Positions 36,800 through 49,800 of a stretch of DNA of 64,000 nucleotides are shown here, piece after piece (position 1 is the first letter of the stretch; every line of letters starts with the position of its first letter). Source of the stretch: Raillietiella orientalis (Eukaryota). The DNA is taken from positions 248,001 through 312,000 of the forward strand of contig JAYWIR010000009.1 in the NCBI GenBank assembly GCA_036172245.1, given 5' to 3'. The position numbers were made by a program, and so were the translations under genes. The notes under the pieces are model-generated. The model searched no databases. It was not told the origin of the DNA and was given only the letters and a program-made list of their open reading frames with translations.

Positions 36800-38550
36800 G
36801 TCTCGCGCATCTTTCATTTGGAGTCTCCAAGCAGGGAAAACCCGCCGAATCCATCCTCCTAGGGCGCCTTGGCCTCGCCAGCCACGGGCGGCCTCTTTCG
36901 GCGGCACCCAACACCTTCTAGGGCTCACGGTTCCTGGGACGCTCAACCAGGGAGTTCTCGGCCACCACTCGCATCTGCGGAGACTCTGAACTCGGAGGAA
37001 GCTCCCGCTAGAGCACTCGAGACCTCCGGGAACCCGGACAGCAAGGGACCGAAGAGACTTCCCGAAGGAAGGATAATGGCAGCCCTCTTCGCGCACATCC
37101 AAACACGACAGACGGGCTGCAGAAACCCCACAGGAGTATGCCGCCACCCCCGTGCCTGAAGGCTTGTCGGGCGATCTCTCCAACGAGTTAATGCCGCTCG
37201 AGTGCTGTCTGCCAGGTCTACAGGGCCGCAGGTCACACCTCCGGGTGACCCTTCCACGGGGTCGGCACGTGCCATTCCGTCCTGTTGGATTCCGTAACGC
37301 CGCGAAGACCTCGTCCTCCCTGTCTTCCCACGCTCTTCGACGACCTCAGCACTCCGTTCAGCTTCCCTTCTTTACTGGCGCCTCGAGGCGCGCCGACCTG
37401 GGGAGGAGGGACCCTTGTTAGTGCCTTTAGCCGGAGTTGCCCGGGATAGCCCCGCGGGTTACGGCCTACGGATGCGCCCAGAGGGGCTGCTCAGCTGTGC
37501 CGGATTTGTCAGGTCATCAGGGCGTTACATTTCGAGGCCGCCCTCGCCTGGGATCCGGGAACGGTGGAAACAACGAGCATCTGGGAAGCCGGAGGTCGTA
37601 TAGGGAAGTCCTCTGGCAGGAATACTGCGGCCGAGTTGTCCTCGAGGAATACTTGGGACCCCCTAGGGACCTCCGGGTGGCAAGAAGAGCTCCCAGGCTG
37701 CGAGTTGGGAAAAACGGTGAAGGTGGGCGATGCCTCCGAGGGCAGTGCACTCCCCAGGGGCGGGAAGGGAGGGATGGTCGCTCGTCAGCGAGCTCTGCAT
37801 CCTGCGGCTGGGAGCAGACGGCACCCATGGAGCGAGGCGACGACGAGGTCAACCGCAGCCGCCCTCGGAGCTTTCGTTCCTCGGGACTTGGAGCCCTCCA
37901 GCGAGGCCGGGCAGTCGCCTGGGTCCGTGTCTCGGGGCGACTCCGAAAACGATCCCGCGAAGGGAGGGGCTTGGGAAGCGGCCTCTGTAGAAAGGAACTG
38001 CAGCTTCAGAATCCCGGCAGTGACTCTGCCGAGGGATTTCCGAAGAAACCAGAAAGAGGGGAGAGGGAGGTCAGAGGACCTATGCATTTGGCATTTGGAC
38101 CTCGGGGATCCCTCCGGAGGAGTGTCGGCGACGGCCACCTCTTTCTCTCCTAGGCTGTCGAGGAAGCATCGAAGCCCTGCCAAAGGTGGCGCTCCTTCCC
38201 GGTCCGCCCAGGAGACGTGGCTGACGGAGCACCTGCTTGCCGCCCATACAAGTTGCGGAGGCGACCGAGCGGGTCGTCGAGGAAGGCTTGCCGGGTAACG
38301 AGGGCGTTCAGTGGCACGAAAGTTACCAGAGGTCAGCCGACAGCCTGCCCGGCTGCCTGCCGCTTGAGGTCATCAGCCCTTGCGGGCGGCCGAGGCTCCA
38401 CCCGGAGGGAAGAGGCTCTAGCCACCCCCTCCGCGGGGTCGCTTCCCGAGAGCATCGCGGCCGAGGATCGGCAGCACCACCGGCGACTTCCGTCAGCCTC
38501 TCCAGGGGCGACGGCTGACCGGCAGAAAGTCCCTCAGCCTCTCCCAGGCG
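36800..38550 (-). mobile_element. Degenerate non-LTR (CR1/Jockey-type) RT relic
   Basis: HRSSDLPLPSFWFLRKSLGRVTAGILKLQFL (YRPISLxSxxxKxxExxxxxxL-like, about 38050) then EVPRGSQV...AVFLPEDFP (GVPQGSxLxPxLF..D-like, about 37640). Confidence 0.42.
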
Positions 38551-39539
38551 TTCCGAGAGCAAAACCCACGTGAGGTCACAGACCGCCCGTTTGCCAGAGG
38601 GCAGGCGGGAATCCTACAGGCTGCCGCCACAGCAGACGAGGTGGCAACGAGCGAGGTCAGCAGCCACGCCCCCAGCATCCTTCGGGCCGGACGCCGCCGC
38701 CGCCGCCCCCGCACGCACCACCAGGCTGCACGCCGGCCGCCCGGCCGGCCTTGCGCGCGCTCCGAGAGGCTCGGTGCGTCTCGCCGCGGTGCGGGGGTGG
38801 GCAGCGTGGGACGTAACGCTCGCAGCCCCGGAGGCAGACGCTGCTGGCCTTTGGCCGCCGCCCACCCCCACGGAACGCAGGCGCCAGGGGCCGACCGCGG
38901 ACCCTCCCCTGCTCCGGACCCGCTTCCCGACAACCGATAGTCCTCCCGACGAAAGACTCGTGTGAGGAGGAGAGGAGGGAAGCCAGTGGCGGCGACATCG
39001 CCCTACGGTGGCGCCGTCTCCAGGCAGGTTCGGGTGTGACTCGCCGCCAGCGCCGCGCATCCCTCCGCTGAGTCACCGGGAAGAGAGGTCACGGGGATTG
39101 TCCGCTGAGCACCTAACACTTGCGCGAGAGCAGGTCCTCAGGAGAAGGGACGTCAATGTGAGTGCATGAGGGTAGGGGTAAAAAAAATAGGCACCCCCTT
39201 GCTAACATCTGCGGGAGCAATACACCTTCTGCGGCCCTTCCTGGGGTCACATCGGAAGGCGATCTCCTATCCTTTTCCCTCATCGCGGGTGGGAGGGAGG
39301 AGAGAGGGCGCAAGATGGGGTGGGGTTTGGAAGACCGGTCCTGGAAGGCGCACGCGCCTATGGCCATCGCTCGCAGCATGGAGGACAGCGAAGGGCCTGA
39401 TGGGAGGAAGATGGGAAGGCAAAGGGCCCTAATTTTGCCCACGGTGCCTCGAGGCTTCCTCTGCTAACGCCCTTGCGCGAGACGAAAAGATGAAGAGGCT
39501 GTCGCGCTCACGCTACCCGTGCAGCTCCAGGCGTCGTCT

Positions 39540-39840
39540 TCCTGCATTGCGGCCTCTCATCTCGTCATCTTCACCGTTCTCCCAGCCTGCGATCCTCATC
39601 CTCTTATCCACCCCCTCTCCCACCTCTCATCTTCCTTCTACCCTCCTCTCATCTTCATCTCATCCTCTCATCTTCCTCGTTCTTTCAGCCTGCGACCCTC
39701 GACGCTTCCTCTCATTCTCCCACCCTCCTTCCATCTGTCTCGTCTTTTCGGTCTGCTATCCCACCACTACCACCTTCCTCTCTTGCTCCCCTCACCTGCT
39801 TTGCTACTCCCCCTTCCCGCTTTCCTTTCTCCTCTCCGAG
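39540..39840. repeat. Pyrimidine-rich low-complexity (TCA/TCT/TCC) tract
   Basis: Degenerate CATCT/CCTCT repeats. Confidence 0.65.
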
Positions 39841-40559
39841 CCGCAGAAGCTGCAGCGAGCGGCACCCGCGCATCCCACGTGCGCCGCTCACGGCGGCGAC
39901 GGGGGCGCTCAAGGCCCTCTCTCGGTCTCTCGGGAGGCCGCCGCGGGGCGCGCCGGCGCTCGCGCGAGCGGCGCCTGAGGACCGTCCCCCGGGGATCCCC
40001 CGAGAGTTCCCGGGGACACACCAGGCGGTGGCGGAGGCGGCGGCGGCGGCGCCCCTCTTCTCCGGCGCCGGCCGACCCTTTGTTTTGCCTCCTCCTCTGC
40101 CGGAGGATCTCCCGACCGCCGCGTGCGCGCGCGCCGCCGCCGCCGCGCATGGAGGTCCGCGCGCGCGCCCGTGCTCCCCCCGCCGCCCACGTTTTATGGC
40201 CAACAAATCACGCCGGTCGGACCCCCGGCTTTGGACGTCGCGCATTCCTCGGGAGAGGTCGGAGCGGAGGGGGCCGGGCGCGCCTCGGAGGAGGTCCGTC
40301 CCCAGCGCGGAATGCGGCGCGCCGCCGCCGGCGGACGCACCGGGGTGGGGCCGCCGCCCCCTCCGCTCCGACGGAGGGCCCTTCCCTCCCGGTGGCCTCT
40401 TCCTTCTCTCATGCCAACCCTTCCCCCACCTACCTTCCCTTCCCCGGGCAGGAGAAGGTGATCTCTGGATCACGCTGGTAAATGCGCGCCCTCTCGCATG
40501 CACCGGGCCTCCTCCCAGACTCCCAGGTCGGCTACGGCCAGAGGGAGGTCACTAGGGAG

Positions 40560-42620
40560 CGGGAAGGCAGAAACGGAGCAGCAGCCTAGGCCGAGAACCC
40601 CGAGGCGTCCCCACCGGGGTTCGGAGGCCGTTCGGACCCTCCACTCTCTTCGCCGCTTGACGACCCGACCCATCCTGAGTCTGTGCCGCCAGAGAGAAGG
40701 CGAGAAGTGGCGAAAGGTCGGATCGGGGCCAGCGCAGGTGCCTCTCCCTCGATCGCCCGGGGAGTAGCCGTGTCCTTTCCCGATACGAGTCGTCCGCGGG
40801 GGTGCATCTCCCGTCCCCTCCTGACCCCGCGCCTCCGGTCGTCCACCCAGGGAGCGGCTCCTCAGAGCAGGCATCCGGAACCCCCATCGGCTCCAAGGGG
40901 AGGTCACGCGGGGTAGGGGTGCCAACGCTTGTGCTCCCTGTCGTCCCCGTACTCTGGAGGTGGAGGAGGCACACGGCGCCTTCCATCTCTCCAATGGTGC
41001 CTTCTGACCCCTTCCTTCTGTGGTTGGGTCAAAATAAACGAAATCTCCGCCCATTGCGGCCGCTGGCTCCTCAGGCCACTCTGCCTTCTGTGAACCTCGC
41101 CTCCCCCACTCCCGTATTAAACGGCCCCCTCGTGGAAGCTATCTTTTGCCCCTCCCCTCCCGTCGGGTCAAAGTCCCCGCCAGATCCTTCCCCGGATTCG
41201 GAGGGATAGGGTGGTCCATCTCGACCCCAGAGGTGCTTGTCTAGGAGTCCCCCGTCTCTCACCTCCAGCGAATAAAGCTTTTGCGGGAGCGCGGGACCCA
41301 TTCGGGCCGCCCACAGAACAGAACTGGGTAGGGAGGATCACGGAGTGAGAAAGGGTGGGTGGAAGGGGTAGAAGGGTAGCAGCTTGCACTGGCCCGGCTC
41401 TGAGGTGGTTTCCCAGGGCGCCCCCCGGAGGAGGCAGAGGCCACACCTCCCTTTGGAAACCATCTCTGGCCCGCAGGCGGAGATAGGCGTCGAATGGATC
41501 TCTCCAAGCCTTCATCGGGCACCTGGCACGGCAGGTCGGTCCACCCTCTCAGCAGCGTCCTGGAATGGTGGGCAGACCCCGGAAGGAGCGGTGACTCCCC
41601 TGCTCTCAAAGAGTCCCCACAGCGTGCCCTTCAGCAAGATGCGGGCGTGTCCGCAGTAAGAGGAAGGGCGGGGACGGCGCTTCGAGTTTTCCCGAGGGAT
41701 TCCGAGGGACCTGACTTCCCTCGAGGGACTGTCAGACCTTGTCCCCGGGTACGGCTCCAGCAGCGCAACCCTTTAAGGTGCGGCGACCCTGAGACCGGGA
41801 GGTCTCCCGGGACGTGCCTGCGGAAGGAACGCAGTCTGGAGGATCCCTGCTGCGGAGGCGCGACCTCTTGAATCCTTTGTGGCCCTCGGGCGCTCCCCGC
41901 AGCTCGGAGACAGGGGAGAAGAATCCGACTCTGCGGTAATCGGAAGTGCCCGCAGGGACCTACCAAGAAGAGTCGTCCAGGAATGACATTGGCTCTCCCG
42001 CGCCAGAGATGAATGAGGCCCAAGATAGAAGGATCGAGGGTCTCCAGCCAAGTTTTCCTTCTCCCGCCTAGTCAGGACCCGGAGGTCGGCTGATGGTGAC
42101 TCCTCGGCACGGGCCTGGGAGTGCCAATCGTCGGGCGTGAGCGATTGTCTCGGCAACTGCGCTGATCCCGCACCCAGGGAGGAGCAGACCGGGGTCCTCC
42201 GGAGGCGATGCGACGGCCGGCCCGCAACATCCGGGCTGGATCTCCGGAAAACCCCAAGAGAGGCTGGAACGAGCGCAGACGCCCCCTCGCGCGGTCTGAT
42301 CTGTAAGCTTCTCGCCTCTGCATTCAGCCCAGAGATGGCGTGATCCGGAGGCAGCGATGGCAGCTCGAGGATTCTCCACACACTCTACGACCCATTGCAG
42401 GACCCCTTGCAGCACCTGCGATAACATCTTAGACAGAGGGAGTAGTAGTCAGCGGGAGAGTTAAGACTCCAGATGCAGAGGGGTAGGGAAAAACACTCCC
42501 TAACCCTGTCAAAGTCTCCCGACAGAAGACCCTTCCTGAGGGCACTGAGAGAGGGAGAGAGGAGAGCTTCCTCTCCTTACGGACGGCTTACCCCATTCAA
42601 GGACGCGGTCTCATCAGTCA
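40560..42620 (-). mobile_element. Degenerate L1/Tx1-like ORF2 relic
   Basis: LLSGDFD (APE GDFN-like, about 42520), PDHAI (SDH-like, about 42340), then LERWK/VCLL (WRPIxLL-like, about 40975) and LPRVTSP..GF (about 40900). Confidence 0.38.
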
Positions 42621-44719
42621 GGAGAAGGCGCGCCACTTGTCTGCCCTCGAGGCGGAGGCAGAAAAGTGGCGCTTCTTCTGGGCGAACTGCAGAGGCGGGG
42701 GTGAGACCGACGTAACGTCAGGGAACGGGGCGAGAGTGAGAGAGGAGACCCTCAGGGCACTATCGTGGCACTGGCGTTCGAGCCGGTTGCGACCGGACAG
42801 CTTCCGATGTGGGGCGTCCGCGGGCGGCGCGTCTCGCGCCTACGAAATGGATGGCAGCCACCGAGGCGACTGCCGTCCGCCGACATGGAAACGGGGAACC
42901 CAAAACGGTCCTCGGTATTCCCTTCCCTCCTGTCCTTTCTTTTCATCTTTTTTTTTTTTTTCTGAATTCCCTGCGGCATCTTCGAGACGGGCAGAACCAA
43001 CGGAGGAGGCTGCCAAGTGCGAGGAGAGCGGGCGGGTGAGCTCCCAGGACATCGCCACAGGCCACCGGAAGGAGTGAGGCGCCGGAAGCAACGGACTGTC
43101 CTCCCGTCTACCCCTCCCCTTGAGTGAGCGTCAGGCGGAGTCTCCCCTGTTTGCGGCGTCACCAGCCGAAGAATGGCCGGTGGCGTCTTCGCTCCGTGTC
43201 CACGGCATGCGGGTCCTGGCACCACCTTCCTACCGGGTGAGTCGCCACTACTTTGCCTCCCCTCTTCTTTGCTTCCGGTTGTCGCACCCCCTAAGCCGTG
43301 CGGAGGCGACCACTTGCCCTGCCGCCCAGATGCCCCCGGAGCTCCTTCTCTCTACGCGCCACGCCCCCGGGTGTGGCCCGTAAGACGGCCTTGACCACCC
43401 TTTCCGTTTGCGAGCCGCCACCGTCTGCCTGCGGGACTCTCCCCCACCCAGGTGCGCCCTCTCGCCCCGAGGCATGACCCCTCCTTGGTCTGCTGAGAGG
43501 ACTCCACTTGGGAAGCGGCGGCAAGACTTGCCTCTCTTTCCCAGGAGTAAGCAGAGCAGAGAGGATCGCGTGGCGCCACCATGGGACCCGGCCCTCTTCC
43601 CTGGGAAGGTCACTACCAGCCGCTCTTTCTCGCCTTCCGGGTCAGCGCGGAAGCGATGCAGGAAGCGTGGCCAAGAGGGCGGCTTGGATTAGCTGCTCCC
43701 GATGCGAGAAGGTCCCGAAGGGGTCCGTTGACCCCGTAGAGCGAATTGTGGAGGAGACCGGGTCGGGAGCAGACACCGTGTGCCGTGCGCATGCGAGCGA
43801 GAAACGCACGCGCGGGCCAAGCGTGAGTTTGGGAGTTCGCGACCGCGCGAAGGAAAGCGTGGCGGCGCCCGCGAGGCGGCGTGAAGGGAACGGCGCGAGC
43901 TCCGCTTCCTTCTCCGCCCAGATCTCCCACCCACGCTCATCGGATAGGCGTGGGGACGCGCACCTCCGTCGCGTCGCGCACGCGCAAAAAAGGGGGGGAG
44001 AAGAGGAGGAGCAACAAAAAAAAAAAAAAAACGCGAGACCTCCGTTTGATGGATGGCGCTCGCGCCGATTCTTCCCTCCTCAACATGGCGACGTCGCACA
44101 GCGCGATACTTCACGGGACCGTAAATCATGCGTACAACTTAATACGGGCATCCATGAGGCGAAATTTACGGCCGCCTCGGAAGGCCCGCTGGATGGCGCG
44201 AGCGGGCACGCAGACGGAGAAGAGGAGGCGGCGAGGGCGGAAGGGAAAGGGGGAAGGAAAAAGGAGGCCCGGCGGCGGTCCTTCCTTCTTCGCCTTCGCG
44301 CCTCCTCACCCCTTGGTCCCAAGGATCCCCCCTGCCCGCTGCTCCCGGAGCTTCACGGACGTCCCGGAACGCGGCCGCGGACCACGACGATCCCCACGCC
44401 TTCAGGAAGGGAGTTCGTGGCGACGGGAAACCTCCACACGCTTCCCTCGATGCGAGGCGCGTGAGCGGGTCGCAATGCGAGCCTAGCGGCTACCCTCTTC
44501 TCTTCCTCCCTTATCCCTCCTCCTCTTTTCCTCTTCCTTCTCCTCCTCCACCTTCCTTTTTCCTCTACTCCCTTCTTCCTTTCTGCGGCCACAAAGCGAA
44601 CTTCCTCCGGAAAAGACGTGTCTCGGCACTTCCGGTCAGTGGTCGGCGCCAGAGGGCTGCCCGAACTTCAGAGGCAGTCTCGCCAGCCGTCGAGGCGGCG
44701 CGCCTTCTTCATGCGTCAC

Positions 44720-46100
44720 ACCAGTAGCAGGCAGGGGCAGTCCTACGTGCGGTGACTGGGGTGGGGGTCGACGCCTTCCCATGCGGAAACAAGAGCGGCG
44801 CACCTCTTCCACCTTCCAGGAGGGGATAGTTTCCTCGGAAACCGTTGGCCGGAAGAAGGCGGGGATGCTGGCGACGGGTGATGGGGTCTGGAAATGTGTT
44901 TGGAACTCCCCATGGGACTCTTTCGGGGTTCCTGTCCTTGGAAGACCACCTCGGCTCGCTCTCCCTCCCGTGCAGGGGGCTCCTCCCTTCCAGGGCGGTT
45001 GCGTCGGAACCAAGGACTTTCCTGCCAGTGTCGTAAACCCGGGCAGGGAAGCACAGCATACAGTGACCCCCGGGGCTCTTCCACCTCCGATTGTCCCGGA
45101 GAGTCTCCACCTCCGCGCCTCTGTCCAAGGGAGTGCGTGTTAGCGGAGACGGCCGCCGGGTGGTTCCCGGTCGCTGACTCCGTTGCCGTCTCTTTGTCCT
45201 GCCTACTCCAGAGCTCCCCATGGGGAAGCACCATCTCTGGAACTGTTGGTGCCTAACTGACAAGGTCGGTATTCCGTCTTGAGGCCGGAAGAATCCATGG
45301 TACCTCCTCCTCTTCCACCCCTGGTGCTAGCTACGCGTGTCCACGGCTAGGCAAGGGGTCACACTCCAGCGTTGACCCTTCGTTCTCTGGGAGACCCGAC
45401 TGCTCCTGCCCTAATGCGGCAAATTGTGGCACCAGCACTTCACTCCTCTTCCGCCCTCGGGAAAGGCTGCAGACAGGTATGACTCCCGACGCGACCTCGC
45501 ACGTCCCGTTGCCTCCTCGGGGTTCGTGACCTCTCCTGGTAGCAGTGAATCGGGCGCGCAACCTCGGTCAGACGCTTTCCCTTGTACTTCCTGGAGGAAA
45601 CAGCGACCGGCTCGGGGAGACGCTTCGGGAGGGCAGGGATCGACCTCGGCGGTTGGGGTTGCCAAAGAGGATCCCCTTCTGCATCCCATTCGATCTCCTT
45701 CGACACCAGGGGACCTCTCTTCCTCAGGATGATGAAAGATGCTATCGGGCCGGGAGCCGCCACGCGGTGTCGACCCGCCAGCTTGCGGAGACCTGCCCTG
45801 CTATCTCGTGGGTGAAACGGAAAGCTCCTGCCATGTCATCTGCTAACTCCGCTAGATGGGAAGCGCGAACTTTTCTCCCTGGTTTCCTTGTCTCCCTCAA
45901 CCCCCCGTTCGAGGATTCCTGTGTTGCCGCTGCCGGCGACGGCGCCCACGGTGACACGGGGTTCTACGGGCGGATGGCGCGGGTGATACACTTCACAAGC
46001 GTCGTCTCGCCCAGACAGATGGCAGGACCGCAATCCCCCGCCGTAAGGGTTAGGGGTCGTCTGTCGACCGACCACCCTCACGCATAGGATAGAGAATGGG
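44720..46100 (-). mobile_element. Possible non-LTR retrotransposon relic (APE and linker region)
   Basis: RPDSIF (RxDxIF-like) near 45740 and IPSWKVEEVRRSCFRMGRRRPP (EVxxAxxxMxxxKAPG-like) near 44790. Confidence 0.28.
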
Positions 46101-46530
46101 CTAACCGCTCCCGAATCTGCGTTCCCTAGGGGACAGAGCTAGCTGCCTCCCACAGCGCGCGGTGTCAAACCCCACCCGCAGGCGGCAGCGCTGCCTCAGG
46201 GCGCGGCGCGCAGTCCCTGCGCCTTCGCTGCCGCCAATCCCTCCCTCTCGTGCGCGCAAGGCTGTGTGGTCAAGATCAGCTCATTTCCTTTTCCATATCT
46301 ACCTCCCTGCCCTCGCAGGAGTCGCCGCTTCCGACTAGATGGGATGCCCACGGTCAGGGTCGGGTCTGCTGAGGGTCAGGAGGGGAATGGGTCGGAAGTG
46401 TCTCTTCTCTCCGGCCCCTGGTTGACGGAGTTGGACGATCCGCAGGGACCATCGAGGCAGCACCTTCCTGGTTCTCCTCCGAGAAGACCTCCAGGTGACC
46501 CTCAGTTCACGCGGGGGGAAGGGAGGAAGG

Positions 46531-46596
46531 CCCCTCGAGCATCTCGCCGCGCCTGAGGAGCCGACCTTGAAGCTCTCCCAGTTTTCGTCGCCTGAG
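46531..46596 (-). pseudogene. Inverted partial duplicate of the cathepsin exon 1/intron 1 junction
   Basis: Reverse complement aligns ungapped to 47001-47066 with 59/66 identities; translates SGDENWESFK|VGS versus SDDEDWESFK|VGS. Confidence 0.85.
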
Positions 46597-46878
46597 AGGC
46601 GTAAATCGGCCGGGTTAGGTCGGCTCTGCAGCTCTTTCGCTTCCACCGAAGGAGGAGAGCTGAGGAGGGGAGCTCCCATCCTCCGCGTCTCCAGAGAGAC
46701 GGCGCAATGACGCACGTCCTCCGCCTCGGTGGCGTCTTCCCGCTCCTCACCTCCATTGTACCGCGTCTTCCTTTGTGCGAGTTCCCCCTTCCTCCAGATG
46801 TGAAGCTCAGCCTCGCGCCCGGGAGATAAGCGGGAAGATGCTGCGAGCGACATCCTTGACTCCCGAGCGGGCGGTGGC

Positions 46879-46884
46879 TATAAA
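46879..46884 (+). promoter_or_regulatory. TATA box of the cathepsin gene
   Basis: GGCTATAAAGA, 69 nt upstream of ATG 46948. Confidence 0.65.
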
Positions 46885-46947
46885 GATGCGCCTCCGGTTG
46901 CCAGGAGATCGTCGGCTGGACCTCGCGGAGACGAGCTGTGCGCCAGC

Positions 46948-48518
<1,571 letters not shown>

Positions 48519-48572
48519 AGCAACCCTCCGTCCCGGCCAACAGACCTCCCTCCCTGCTCCCCGCCGGCGTTT

Positions 48573-48578
48573 AATAAA
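48573..48578 (+). terminator. Polyadenylation signal of the cathepsin gene
   Basis: AATAAA 55 nt after the stop. Confidence 0.7.
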
Positions 48579-48899
48579 GCAGACTTCGGGCGTTTCCCAG
48601 AGGGCTCTCCTTTAGTAGTAATAGTCTACGCGGGAACACTTAGAAAGGGCTGGTGCTTCAACTTCTTCTTCCTCTTCTCCTCTTCCTCCTTCCTCCCTCT
48701 TGATTTTTCCTGCCAAGTCTCCACGCCTGCACCAAAGAAGGCAATGTCCGGAAGTCAGGGGGAAGGAGATGCCGGGGACAAGAAGGGAGTGACTAAAAAC
48801 CACAGGGAGGAAGGGGATGAGATCGGCTGCTCCTTTTTTTTTTCTCGCTGGAGCCCAGTGGGGACGACCCTCCTACCGGGGCAGGAACCGGTTCCTCTC

Positions 48900-49800
48900 A
48901 CCGAAAGCCCTGTCTCCCCACATTCCCAGTCCTGCTGCCTGAGATGCGTCTACTCCCAAACGGCGGCCCTCCTAGGCTGAGCTTCTCCCGCTCGGAAGGG
49001 CGACACGCGGAACCTGGACCGCCATTCCACGCTAAGGAAACGAGAGAGCCCGACATTCCGCGCCACTTGCCCCCTTTCCAGGCTCCCCTCTTCCGGTTCA
49101 TGAGCCATCCAGGCAAGAGAGCAAGCGGGACGCCTACAGTAAGGTCGGGCCTCCATGCACCGGACCTAATGAAGCCCTTGGGGCGCGCAGAGTCCTTGAC
49201 CCTGGGAGCCAGGTTAAGCCCTATGCGTCGGGGTACGGTTGCTCCAGCACCCCGGCGCACAGGAGAAGGAGTGGTCGGGAAAACACTCGCCTACCCTTCC
49301 CCGGTAAATGGGCCGGTTGGTCTCCTTCTCCCTGACCTTCGGCAGGTCGTTCTCCAGAAAGAACGAGGCAAACATGCCCTGTTGCCTCGGAGCAACGGGC
49401 ACGCTCTTTGGCGACGACTTGAGACACCCAGTAGACGGCGACGCCGAAAGCCACTTTCCCGTCCGGCCTTCCTGAGGCGGATGCCCTCCTGGGCCGCCCC
49501 CATCTTTCACCAGCCGAGTGCCGAGGGCGTCTCTCAGCTGATCCATAGGAGAGGAATCATGATCCCAGCCCACCACTGGCTCCGAAGATCTCTACACCTA
49601 TCCGGGAAGCCCGCCACCAAGTAGGGGAGGGAAAGGGGGGGTAATGCCAATCCTTGAAAAATCGCCTCATGCTTCTCCCTCTTTCTCCCCCGCAGCAGAC
49701 CCCGATGGCGGGGAGCGCGATCCAGGACGACCTGCGTTGATCCGGAAGTGGAAGCGAGCCATCGGGAAGTAGAGCCCCTCTGGAAGACCGTCGCGTGATA
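48900..49800 (-). mobile_element. Possible non-LTR RT relic
   Basis: APRQQGMFASFFL (GxRQGxxxSxxLF-like) followed by RIGLNLAPRVK (GLxxNxxK-like) on minus. Confidence 0.25.
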